Shown here piece after piece: positions 1-9,309 of a stretch of 64,000 nucleotides of DNA. The notes beneath the pieces are model-generated. The model had not been told where the DNA came from. It was given only the letters and a program-made list of their open reading frames with translations, and ran no database searches. Positions within the stretch are counted from its first letter, which is position 1, and each line of letters begins with the position of its first letter. The stretch lies in assembly GCA_964596685.1 (NCBI GenBank), contig CAZQVA010000007.1:11026-75025 (forward strand), in the 5' to 3' direction. This stretch comes from an uncultured bacterium (GTDB taxonomy: Bacteria; Chlamydiota; Chlamydiia; Chlamydiales; VFKH01). The translations under genes and the position numbers were made by a program.

Positions 1-341
1 AAACAAAGATGACTGAAGCAGGCACAAATTTTAGCGGTGGGCAACGACAACGCTTAGAAATGGCACGCACCTTACTACTTAACCCCTCTATACTCATTAC
101 AGATGGCGCCGTAAGTGCTCTCGATGCCCATACTGAGCAAGAAATTTCTGCTAATATTCGCAAGCGCGGCTGTACGCATATATTTGTTGCGCAACGCATT
201 AGTACTGTACAACATGCAGATCAAATTATCGTTCTAGATGAGGGCAAGATTGTGCAACAAGGCAACCACAATACTCTTGTAAAACAAGATGGACTTTACC
301 GAGAACTAGCACAACAAGAAGAAGGAGCTGAACAAGGATAA
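1..341 (+). CDS. ABC exporter ATP-binding domain, 3' fragment of a gene that starts upstream of the window (degenerate NBD)
   Basis: Frame is open to the window edge. ABC signature FSGGQRQR and D-loop SALD are present, but Walker B reads SILITDG (no catalytic Glu) and the switch motif reads VAQR (no His). The stop overlaps the next start (TAATG). Confidence 0.8.
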   Translation, partial: TKMTEAGTNFSGGQRQRLEMARTLLLNPSILITDGAVSALDAHTEQEISANIRKRGCTHIFVAQRISTVQHADQIIVLDEGKIVQQGNHNTLVKQDGLYRELAQQEEGAEQG

Positions 342-3280
342 TGGTCACTAGTCCAAGTCCCCTCATCACATTTTCAGAGCAAAGCAGATGGTTTGTTAAG
401 GAATATCCGCGCGGACTTCTCATTGAAGAGGGCATTGTCAATATCATGTTGGCCGAGACATCAGCAAAAGTTGAAGATCCCCTTTTCCCTCCCATTACCT
501 TTGTCATGCAACTGACTAAAGGGTATATCATTTTTTCTACCCCAAAAACCGATCATCCCCAGGTGGAACTTTTAGCTATTGCTGAATCTGGTGTGAAATG
601 TCGTCAACTGAGCGAAAGTGACATCATGGAACATTTTCGCAGTTCTGATGATGGACAGATGCAGGTGGTCAGGAGCATGAGAAAATGGCTTTTTGGCCTT
701 GCAAGCTTTTTACAGCCTTTGCGCAATGAAGTTTATGAAGCCACTGTAGACTGGGGAGATAATACCATTGCTGCGGGTACTATCATCTCTCCAATTAATA
801 CAGCTGAAACTGAAAAACATCAAATCGTGACGTGGATAGAGGTCAAAAAGGGCACTTTAACACTCTTTGGTATTCCAGGATTAAAAATCAAAAATGGCGG
901 CGGCATCTTTCCTCTCTGTGAGCCAATGTGGGTTGCTGCAGAAGAAGATTGCCAAGTCCATGTCTGGCATGGTAGCGATCTCATTGCTGAGCCCAATTTT
1001 TTTTACCACTTAGATCACTTTCATATGGTGTATCTAGCTATTGGCGATGTATTGCTGAAGCAACGTGTCAAAAATAAACAAGAGAATATAAATACTGAAA
1101 TCAAAGATGAAGCTGAACTGCTCGATGCCTCTTTACGTCAGATGTCACTGGTCTTTGACCCTGCATCAACAGGGAAACCACTGCCTATTGGCGCTGGTCC
1201 CCTCTTCAAAGCCTGTCAAATTGTAGGCCACTCTATTGGAATCAGTTTTAAACAACCCAGGCGCCAATTCAGCACCTTTACTGAAGAATCGATCTCACAA
1301 CTCTGCCAAAACTCAAGCGTCTATTATCGACGTGTCATATTAGACAAAAATTGGTTTAAAGAAGCAGCCTTCCCTATGCTCTGCTTCAAAAAGGCTGCAG
1401 AGAGCCCAGTTGCCGTCCTTTATGACGATAAAAAAGGCGGCTATTTTCTCATTGATCCATCAAAACCTGGCAGGGAAAAGGTTACTGAAGAGTTAGCAGA
1501 AACGCTCCAACCCGATGGCTATATTTTCTATGAAGAACTCCCCCACCATGCATTATCAAGCAAAGACATCTTGCGGTTTTGTCTTTCCAAACAGGGATGG
1601 AATATCTTTTTATTGCTGGCATTTGGTTGTTTAGGGGCCCTGATCAGCTTGATTCCTTCATTTTTAAATCGCACTCTGATCGACCGCGTATTGATTGGTG
1701 GTGAACGCAATCTTTTGGGACAAGTAATCCTCGGTCTTGTTGTCGTTGCCTTGACAAGTTCATTATTTCTTTTTGCACGCGCCTATACAGCTTTGAGATT
1801 TACACGCATCATCGATATGCGTTTGAGAACTGCCACCTGGGCGCGCGTTTTACAATTACCCGTCCGCTTTATTCGCACTTTTACAACGGGTGAATTTATT
1901 CAGCGTGTTTATGCCATCAGCAGCATCCATCAAACATTAAGCAATAACGCGATTCGCGTTGTCCTTTCAGGCCTATTTTCTGTTTTTTATCTCTTTGCCA
2001 TGCTCTACTTTAGTCCGCGCCTAACGCTAATTGGCATGATTGTCATTGTGATCACGATTGCTCTTTTAGCGATCTGTGTCAGTCGAAAGATTAAATGGCA
2101 AAGACTCTATGCAGAAGAATCACAAACTCTGCAGGGATACGTTCTGCAATTGATAGAAGGGATTGAAAAATTGCGCGCAACTGGCGCAGAGAATCGTGCA
2201 TTTGCCCTATGGAGTCAGCGCTATGCTCACCTACAAAGTGTTACCTATAGAAGCTGGCGCATTAGCTCCTTTGAAACACTTACTTCGAGTGTTTTTCCCA
2301 TACTTGCCTCCCTTCTTCTATTTATTACAGCCGTTGACATTATTCAAAACCCCTCTTCGGGAGCTGATGTCCTCACACTTGGCTCTTTAATTGCATTTTT
2401 AGCTGCATTTACTCCTTTTTCCAGCGCTATTTTTAGTATGGCGAATACAATGATGCAGCTAGCCCCCATCGTGCCTCTGTGGGAGCGTGCTAGAGTCATT
2501 GTTCAAGCGCCAACAGAGGAGAGTGAAGCCAAAGCTCATCCCGGACAATTATCAGGCGCTGTTACTGTCGATAACGTCTCTTTTCGCTATGATGTTGAAG
2601 GCGCATGGGTGCTCAATGGTTTATCTCTCCACGCCAATCCAGGTGAATCAATTGCCATTGTAGGGTGGTCAGGATCAGGAAAAACGACATTAATTCGTCT
2701 GTTACTTGGATTTGAACATCCTGAAAAGGGAGCGGTCTTTTATGATGGCAAAAATCTCTCTTCCCTCTCTTTGAAAGACGTGCGCAAGCAAATTGGAACA
2801 GTATTACAAGATGGCGCTCTAGTTGCCGGTTCGGTATATGAAAACATTGTATGTGGCGGTAATTATTCCACTGCCGAAATTCAGCAAGCTTTGAAACTCT
2901 CCGGATTTGATAAAGACATAGATAACTTGCCGATGGGTTTGCATACCGTTGTTCAAACGGGTTCTACTGCATTTTGCGGAGGACAGTTACAGCGCCTTTT
3001 GATCGCTCGTGCGCTGATCGCCCAGCCTCATATTCTTATCCTCGATGAAGCAACCGCTTCCTTGGATAATATGGCGCAGAAAGCTGTCATGGAAAATCTT
3101 GCTTCTCTGCGCGTTACACGTATTATCGTGGCACATCGCATCAGCACAGTGCGCCAAGCTGATCGCATCTATGTCATGGAGAAGGGAAAAATCATCCAGT
3201 CGGGCACTTTTGAGGAATTATCTGCACAAGAAGGATTATTCAAAGAGATGCTTGGAAAACAATCAGTAGCCAGCACATAA
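341..3280 (+). CDS. ABC exporter, fused permease/ATPase with ~400-aa N-terminal extension (bacteriocin/NHLP-type exporter-like)
   Basis: 979-aa ORF with a TM-rich core at about aa 420-720. Motifs: Walker A GWSGSGKTT, signature FCGGQLQR, Walker B ILILDEATASLD, H-loop IVAHRIST. The N-terminus is long and soluble. Confidence 0.8.
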   Translation: MVTSPSPLITFSEQSRWFVKEYPRGLLIEEGIVNIMLAETSAKVEDPLFPPITFVMQLTKGYIIFSTPKTDHPQVELLAIAESGVKCRQLSESDIMEHFRSSDDGQMQVVRSMRKWLFGLASFLQPLRNEVYEATVDWGDNTIAAGTIISPINTAETEKHQIVTWIEVKKGTLTLFGIPGLKIKNGGGIFPLCEPMWVAAEEDCQVHVWHGSDLIAEPNFFYHLDHFHMVYLAIGDVLLKQRVKNKQENINTEIKDEAELLDASLRQMSLVFDPASTGKPLPIGAGPLFKACQIVGHSIGISFKQPRRQFSTFTEESISQLCQNSSVYYRRVILDKNWFKEAAFPMLCFKKAAESPVAVLYDDKKGGYFLIDPSKPGREKVTEELAETLQPDGYIFYEELPHHALSSKDILRFCLSKQGWNIFLLLAFGCLGALISLIPSFLNRTLIDRVLIGGERNLLGQVILGLVVVALTSSLFLFARAYTALRFTRIIDMRLRTATWARVLQLPVRFIRTFTTGEFIQRVYAISSIHQTLSNNAIRVVLSGLFSVFYLFAMLYFSPRLTLIGMIVIVITIALLAICVSRKIKWQRLYAEESQTLQGYVLQLIEGIEKLRATGAENRAFALWSQRYAHLQSVTYRSWRISSFETLTSSVFPILASLLLFITAVDIIQNPSSGADVLTLGSLIAFLAAFTPFSSAIFSMANTMMQLAPIVPLWERARVIVQAPTEESEAKAHPGQLSGAVTVDNVSFRYDVEGAWVLNGLSLHANPGESIAIVGWSGSGKTTLIRLLLGFEHPEKGAVFYDGKNLSSLSLKDVRKQIGTVLQDGALVAGSVYENIVCGGNYSTAEIQQALKLSGFDKDIDNLPMGLHTVVQTGSTAFCGGQLQRLLIARALIAQPHILILDEATASLDNMAQKAVMENLASLRVTRIIVAHRISTVRQADRIYVMEKGKIIQSGTFEELSAQEGLFKEMLGKQSVAST

Positions 3281-3288
3281 GGATTGAT

Positions 3289-3693
3289 ATGTCGTCGACT
3301 CAAGAATACATCACCCTATTGCAAGAGATAAAAGAGCGTTTTGAAAAAATCGCCGATCGCCTCATGCTTCTTTTTGCGTCTCATGCCGCCGCAGAGCGCC
3401 TAGTTGATGAATTTAAAAAGACACTCAAGCAGTGGCCCACTGTTGCATTGGAAGGCAATGAGGCTCGCGTATGGAAACAACTCGACCAGATTGTAGCGGG
3501 TGCAGATTTACATGGTGGCCTTGCAGATCTTCTGCGCCATTTACTTAAGTCCAGTTCTTCTTCAGAAATTCCTGAAACGACCGCCAAAAAAATACGCGAA
3601 GAACTCAATTTAGCAGCTAGCCTCCTTGTGCACTTAGCCCAGGTAAGTCAAAATCTTTTAACAATTGCGCAAGAAAAACATCAGCCGTTATAA
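3289..3693 (+). CDS. hypothetical small helical protein, co-transcribed with the ABC genes
   Basis: 134-aa ORF starting 8 nt after the ABC stop, with AAGGA 5-6 nt upstream of the ATG. No recognisable motif. Its 3' end overlaps convergent selU by 77 nt. Confidence 0.45.
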   Translation: MSSTQEYITLLQEIKERFEKIADRLMLLFASHAAAERLVDEFKKTLKQWPTVALEGNEARVWKQLDQIVAGADLHGGLADLLRHLLKSSSSSEIPETTAKKIREELNLAASLLVHLAQVSQNLLTIAQEKHQPL

Positions 3694-4651
3694 AATATTT
3701 CGTTGATTTTCGGCGCGTCATCATCATCTCATAGGCGCGGTCATAGTAATGTAACAGATCATTGACCGCAGCAGAATAATCTTGCCGCGCAATTGCTGCT
3801 GCAATGAGTTTTACTTTTTCTAAGCCTAGACGTTTTTTCAATTTATTAAGCGCTAACAAAAGGGATTCTTGCCCTAAAACACTATACTCAGCAACGATTC
3901 TCTCGATACGTTTGCGTTTTTCAGTCTCGATAAAAAAGAGCGGAGCTGCTTGCATCTGTAGGAAAAAGGGATGAGGAATACAGCATGTTCCAATCAAACG
4001 ACTTTCATCTTCGACAAGAATAAGTTTTTGAGGATCAAATGCAGCTAATTGAACGGCCATGTGATTTTCAAAAGTTTCTTGAGTTGGCTGTAGATCTGTA
4101 TGTCCAAATGCGCTGCCGCGATGTCGTGCCAATTTTTCTAAATCAAGCGTCTGCTTTTGAAAGGCGACTTGCTGGAGAAGTTCTGTCTTCCCAGATCCCG
4201 TGTAACCCCCAATTACACTAAGACTCCACGGTGCTTCAAAATGGCGCATGGCCCATTTTCTAAAAGATTTATAACCTCCTTTGATACAATGAGCCTCTAA
4301 ACCCGCCTGACGAAGTAGCCAAACCATAGATTGACTGCGCATACCACCGCGGAAGCAATAGACAAATAGCGAACGTCCCTCTGCAATCTTCCGTGCTGTT
4401 TCAACGAACTGAGCAAGTTTGGGGCCCACATAACGCAGCCCTTCTAACACAGCAGCATCTTTCCCCACCTGTTTATATACGGTTCCCACATGGGCACGTT
4501 CTTCATCAGAAAACAGGGGCATTGATTGTGCAAAGGGCACGTGGCCAGAGGAAAACTCTTTTGGGGAACGCACATCAAGCATCACTAATGTACGTTTATC
4601 GCGTACTTCTTCAAAAAGTTCTTTGCTGAAAACCGCGTCTGGTATATTCAT
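3617..4651 (-). CDS. selU: tRNA 2-selenouridine synthase (rhodanese + P-loop)
   Basis: Collinear by eye with E. coli YbbB/SelU: DVRSPKEF, ERAHVGTVYKQ, active-site loop CFRGGMRSQS, P-loop GGYTGSGKTE, LARHRGSAFG, VEDESRLIG. I chose the start MNIPDAV (4651) because its N-terminal length matches SelU. The ORF is open back to 4717. Confidence 0.85.
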   Translation of the reverse strand: MNIPDAVFSKELFEEVRDKRTLVMLDVRSPKEFSSGHVPFAQSMPLFSDEERAHVGTVYKQVGKDAAVLEGLRYVGPKLAQFVETARKIAEGRSLFVYCFRGGMRSQSMVWLLRQAGLEAHCIKGGYKSFRKWAMRHFEAPWSLSVIGGYTGSGKTELLQQVAFQKQTLDLEKLARHRGSAFGHTDLQPTQETFENHMAVQLAAFDPQKLILVEDESRLIGTCCIPHPFFLQMQAAPLFFIETEKRKRIERIVAEYSVLGQESLLLALNKLKKRLGLEKVKLIAAAIARQDYSAAVNDLLHYYDRAYEMMMTRRKSTKYFITADVFLAQLLKDFDLPGLSAQGG

Positions 4652-4657
4652 AAATGC

Positions 4658-6079
4658 ATGTGTTTTCGCAGTAAAATTTTTATCTTTGTCGTTTTTTGCT
4701 GCATGGCAGCCTTTCATTTACACGCTAATGAGCGGATTCTCACGCTGCATGAAGCGCTACAATTGGCTATTAAAAATAACAAACAAATTCAAGAACTGCA
4801 ATCTCTATATCAAAAAGCCAAGGAAGGTCGATTGGAAGCTGTATCCAAGTGGTGGCCTACCATTGAGGCGATGAGTCAAGCCTATAAAACACAGCGAACC
4901 CTAGTTCCTCTATCAACTTCTGATATGAGTTTTACCTCACTTGTCCAACTGACACAATCGATCATCTCCACAGAGCGCTACTATGGACTACAAATTTCTA
5001 TACTCTTTCAAGAAAAACTTTGCTTACTCCTTCAAGCTGCTATCAATGATGTCATCTTTGCTGTACGTACTGCCTACTTACAAGTGATTCTTGATAAACG
5101 CCTCATGGACACTGCCAAAGAAAATGTGGATCTTCTCTCTCTGCTCGTTAAGCGCTCAGAGGATCTATATAAGATTGGCCGATCGATTCCTTACAATGTC
5201 AACCAAAGCCGAGTTGCTCTTGCAAACGCATCAACAGCTTATTTTCAGGGATTAAGACAGCTAAAAAATGACCGCGATATCTTGACACAATTACTAGGAC
5301 TAGATCCCGCCTGCGTGACTGTCGAAACCGCGGAAGAAAAGATTCCCTTAAATAAACTCCCCCTCATTGCCTGCAAACTACACCTTTTTTATGGCGGAGA
5401 GAGCCAAGATTTGTCATCCGCCGACATCATTGCCAAGATGTCCGTCGCCAAAGCAAACTCCCTCTTTTCCTGTCAGGAACTTGTCGAATTTGAAAAACAA
5501 GCCGATATTTTTCGCCCCGATATACGTCTTGGCAAAAATCACATTCAAATCGCCTCACAGGAAGTCAACCTCCGCAAAGGCGAGTATTTTCCTGCTATAG
5601 ATTTTGTCGCCAATTATGGTTCACTCGCCAACCCTTATGTTCCCAACCTCTCCAATAGTTTTTTTCATCAAGACTTTGAATGGGGCTTGGGTATTGAACT
5701 CAATTGGCTTTTATTTGATAGTTTTGGTAGGGAACATCGCATCAATGAAGCGAAAGCAGAGGTCTGTGCAACAAAATTTAATTTTGAACAAACACGACAA
5801 CTTGCCCACGTCGATGTTCGCAATCAAATCTATTCCATTGAAGAAGCTCTCTCTAACTATGCGACTTCAAAAGCAAGCGTCGCTCTTGCAGATGAATTAG
5901 TCTTGCAAAGTGAACAGCAGCTAGAAATTGGATATATTACTATTTTTGATTATCAGATCGCTATTGACACGCTGATTCAATCAAAATATATTTATGAAAA
6001 AGCGCGGTTTAATTTGGCTCATTCCTATTTTGGATTGCGCCATGCAACTGGCATTGATTTGGAGTGCAAAGCAAAATGA
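4658..6079 (+). CDS. TolC-family outer membrane efflux protein
   Basis: 473 aa. Signal peptide MCFRSKIFIFVVFCCMAAFHLHA, then a helical/beta repeat pattern typical of OEP proteins. First gene of a tolC-hlyD-MFS operon. Confidence 0.7.
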   Translation: MCFRSKIFIFVVFCCMAAFHLHANERILTLHEALQLAIKNNKQIQELQSLYQKAKEGRLEAVSKWWPTIEAMSQAYKTQRTLVPLSTSDMSFTSLVQLTQSIISTERYYGLQISILFQEKLCLLLQAAINDVIFAVRTAYLQVILDKRLMDTAKENVDLLSLLVKRSEDLYKIGRSIPYNVNQSRVALANASTAYFQGLRQLKNDRDILTQLLGLDPACVTVETAEEKIPLNKLPLIACKLHLFYGGESQDLSSADIIAKMSVAKANSLFSCQELVEFEKQADIFRPDIRLGKNHIQIASQEVNLRKGEYFPAIDFVANYGSLANPYVPNLSNSFFHQDFEWGLGIELNWLLFDSFGREHRINEAKAEVCATKFNFEQTRQLAHVDVRNQIYSIEEALSNYATSKASVALADELVLQSEQQLEIGYITIFDYQIAIDTLIQSKYIYEKARFNLAHSYFGLRHATGIDLECKAK

Positions 6080-7056
6080 GCCAACCAACACCCCCACCCA
6101 CACCTCCTGCAACGCCTCCACCATCTGCAACCACGCCAGTCAAAAATCCCGCTAAAAAGCGCTCATTCCTACAATGGATTATCTATCTCATCTTACTCTT
6201 ACTTTTAGCATGGGGTATCTGGAATTGGATGAATTATGCTAAAACGCACATTTCAACTAACGATGCCAATATCGATGCTTTCCATGTAGAAGTGAGCTCA
6301 GATCTGCTGCTGAGACTCATGCAAATGGAAGTTGATATTGGAGACTATGTAGAACAGGGACAACTTCTCTGTCAACTCGACACAAGAGTCCTCTTTCCCC
6401 AGCAACAGGCAGCGCTTGCAGAGTTAGAACAAGCAAACGCCCAACTCGATCTCGCCTACGTATTGCGTGCCCGCACTTATGATGATTATGAAAGGGGTGT
6501 GCGAGGATTTAATTTTAAAATCGTTTCGGTACAGGATTTTGACCACTTACAAAAGGCCTATGCTGCAGCCGAACAAGAGGTTAATGTCGCTCTAAAGCGC
6601 ATTCAAGCCGCCAAAGAGCAATTAAACGTCATGAATGCTTATCTTGAAAAAGCGCGCATTTTTGCTCCCATGAATGGAACTATTGCTAGACGCTGGAGTA
6701 TGGAGGGAGATGTCCTATCACCTGGGCAACCTATCTACTCTCTTTATGCGATGGAAAATCCCTGGGTCACCGCTTTTCTCCAAGAAGCTGATATCGCTCA
6801 TGTTCAATTAGGTGATCGCGTAGACATCCACGTCGACGCCTTTCCCGATCGTAAATTTTTTGGTCACGTGCTTATTATTGGCCCTGCAGCTGCAGGACAG
6901 TTTTCTCTCGTACCGCCCAATAATGCAACAGGTAATTATACAAAAGTAGCACAACGTATCCCATTGAGAATTTCCATTGCTCCAGAAGATGCTGGCAAGC
7001 AGCCTCATTTACGCGCAGGTATGTCTTGTGAAATTACAATTCACACCGAGAGATGA
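6076..7056 (+). CDS. HlyD/EmrA-family membrane fusion protein with Pro-rich N-terminus
   Basis: ATGA overlap with the tolC-like stop. N-terminus PTPPPTPPATPPPSATTP, then a single TM, a coiled-coil region and a beta-barrel C-terminus (VAQRIPLRI). The ORF track starts at GTG 6064. Confidence 0.75.
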   Translation: MSQPTPPPTPPATPPPSATTPVKNPAKKRSFLQWIIYLILLLLLAWGIWNWMNYAKTHISTNDANIDAFHVEVSSDLLLRLMQMEVDIGDYVEQGQLLCQLDTRVLFPQQQAALAELEQANAQLDLAYVLRARTYDDYERGVRGFNFKIVSVQDFDHLQKAYAAAEQEVNVALKRIQAAKEQLNVMNAYLEKARIFAPMNGTIARRWSMEGDVLSPGQPIYSLYAMENPWVTAFLQEADIAHVQLGDRVDIHVDAFPDRKFFGHVLIIGPAAAGQFSLVPPNNATGNYTKVAQRIPLRISIAPEDAGKQPHLRAGMSCEITIHTER

Positions 7057-8687
7057 TGGCACAAAAAGCCCTTCTTAATTGGGATAACCCTTCTGTTGTC
7101 TCTGATACAAACACCCTCAAACCTTGGTTCATTCATGCCATCATCAGTATTGTGACTGTCTTGGCAATTATCTCATCAGTGGGCACTTCGATTATTAACT
7201 CCAGCATGGCTGGTGAACTATATCTCGGCCAGTCGGTAATCATCTGGGTGAATACTAGCTTTTTAATGATGCTCGGTGTCTGTTTACCCGTATGTGGATG
7301 GCTCGCTGAAAAAATTGGCTTTAAACGTGTTTTCTGCCTTGGAGTGATTATCTTTAGCGTTTCTTCCGCAGGAATTGCTCTGTCTCAAAATGCCACAGAG
7401 CTCATCTTATTTCGCATTTTGGAAGGAACTGGCTCCGCTCTTGTCTTTCCCGTGAGCTTAGCGATCCTAGCTCACACTTTTGCTCCCAAACAAGTTCCTA
7501 TGGCAATCTCTTTGTATGTCACCATTGGATTTGGCTTAGGGATTGTTTTAGGGTTTATATTAGCTGGGTGGATTGGTCAATATTCCAGCTGGCAAATGCT
7601 TTTTTGGATTAACCCCATACTCGGTGTGCCATGTCTCATCGGAGCCATCGCACTCTTTAAAGAGACGCCACCTAAAGTCAATCAACCTCCTTTCGATATT
7701 CCCGGATTCATTTTCTTTAGTGGCTTTCTCGTTGCGGCCCTCGTTTTAATCAATAGCGTCAAAGCACCCTGGAATACAAAAGGGTGGTATTCGAATTTTA
7801 TTTACATTTGCTATGGAATAGGCGGCATCTCCTTGATTTGTTTTTTTGTACGCCAATACTTTACCCCTGCTCCGCTCCTTAACCTTTCCCTTTTCAAAGT
7901 GCGCCCTTTTACTGTTGGCTGTACCATCTTAGCAATCGCTGCAGGGCTTATGTTTGGAACGCTCAACATTAACCCGCTTATCCTAGAAAATGTACTACAA
8001 TATGACAAAATCACTTCAGGCATCTTAATGTCAAGTTGTGGAGTAGGATTAGCTGTCATGGGCCTTTTAGCTAGTTTAATGACGCGCTTTATCAATGTCC
8101 GCTACCTCACTATCATCGGACTTAGCGTTATTATACTCAGTTGTTATCTCTCGCAATGGATCACCATTCAAACTGAAAATTATTTGCATGTCCTTCTTAT
8201 GTTATTGCGCTTCTGTGGCGTAGGGCTTGCCCTTGGTCCCGTCACGTCGCTTGCTCTCATGGAGCTTACAAAGGAAGATGCAGGTCAAGGTGCTGTAACT
8301 GCAACATTTTTTCGTCAAATGGGTGCCGCTTTTGGCAGCTCAATTCTCACCATTATTATCAATTCGCAATTTGCTTTTCACAACTTGACATATGGCAGTC
8401 AAATGGATATCTCTTCGCCAGCCTATGAATATCACTTGCGCCAACTCACTAATCATATTTACCATTACACCTCTCACTCTCTACAAGAGGCTGAGTCACT
8501 AGCGAAGGGACAAATTGTAAACTATATCGAAGGACAAGCTTATATCAGCGCGATCAATGATGCCTACATGATCGCAGGAGTTGCTCTATCGTGCGCAGCT
8601 CTTGGATTAATATTGGTCATGATTGATAATTATCGCCTTAAGAAAAAACGTGAGAAACAAGCTCATGCAGCTATATCTAGGACTTGA
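7053..8687 (+). CDS. MFS drug:H+ antiporter, EmrB/QacA (14-TMS) type
   Basis: 544 aa, highly hydrophobic with ~14 predicted TM segments. MFS motif region WLAEKIGFKRVF. Overlaps the hlyD-like stop. Confidence 0.75.
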   Translation: MMAQKALLNWDNPSVVSDTNTLKPWFIHAIISIVTVLAIISSVGTSIINSSMAGELYLGQSVIIWVNTSFLMMLGVCLPVCGWLAEKIGFKRVFCLGVIIFSVSSAGIALSQNATELILFRILEGTGSALVFPVSLAILAHTFAPKQVPMAISLYVTIGFGLGIVLGFILAGWIGQYSSWQMLFWINPILGVPCLIGAIALFKETPPKVNQPPFDIPGFIFFSGFLVAALVLINSVKAPWNTKGWYSNFIYICYGIGGISLICFFVRQYFTPAPLLNLSLFKVRPFTVGCTILAIAAGLMFGTLNINPLILENVLQYDKITSGILMSSCGVGLAVMGLLASLMTRFINVRYLTIIGLSVIILSCYLSQWITIQTENYLHVLLMLLRFCGVGLALGPVTSLALMELTKEDAGQGAVTATFFRQMGAAFGSSILTIIINSQFAFHNLTYGSQMDISSPAYEYHLRQLTNHIYHYTSHSLQEAESLAKGQIVNYIEGQAYISAINDAYMIAGVALSCAALGLILVMIDNYRLKKKREKQAHAAISRT

Positions 8688-9309
8688 TCCTACACGACTC
8701 GCTCCACATGCGCATCACTACCCAATCATTGAAATTCATCCCCTACCCCATGCACTTGATCCCCTTATCGCATTCTGGCATACAGCTTCTCATATCATTT
8801 TTTCGAGCCGAACAGCTGTAAAAATTTTTTATCAGGAATCCCTTTCTCTAAGACTTCCCATTGATCATTTTCAAATACTGAGTATAGGGCAGGCAACTAC
8901 TGAACTAGCTACCGAATTGGGCTTCCGAGTCACTGCCACAGCACCGATTGCGCAGGCTGAGGGATTTCTTACCATCCTTCCTCCTAAAAACACCCTTCTC
9001 TTTTATCCCCACGCCAAGGGGGCTCGCGACGTGCTAAAAACAATGCTCCTAGAAGGACAGTATGCCTTTAAGGAAGCTATTTTGTATGAAACGCGGCCTA
9101 AAAACACACTAGAACCTATTGACCTCAAACTTTTTACGACACTCATCTTTTCAAGTCCCTCCTGCGTTCAAGCCTTTCTCCACCATTTTGGCACATTCCC
9201 CCCTAACACCACCCTCTTAGCAATTGGTGAAATCACACTTCACGCATTGAAAACCGCTCTTAGCCAGTTGAAACTGGACTTTAGACATGCGTCAATGTGT
9301 GGGGTGTAA
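8665..9309 (+). CDS. hemD: uroporphyrinogen-III synthase-like (HEM4 family)
   Basis: Two-lobed pattern IIFSSRTAV...ILSIGQATTELA and LIFSSPSCV...LLAIGEITLHAL typical of HemD. I chose the start at ATG 8665. The last two codons and the stop lie inside repeat element B1. Confidence 0.55.
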   Translation: MQLYLGLDPTRLAPHAHHYPIIEIHPLPHALDPLIAFWHTASHIIFSSRTAVKIFYQESLSLRLPIDHFQILSIGQATTELATELGFRVTATAPIAQAEGFLTILPPKNTLLFYPHAKGARDVLKTMLLEGQYAFKEAILYETRPKNTLEPIDLKLFTTLIFSSPSCVQAFLHHFGTFPPNTTLLAIGEITLHALKTALSQLKLDFRHASMCGV

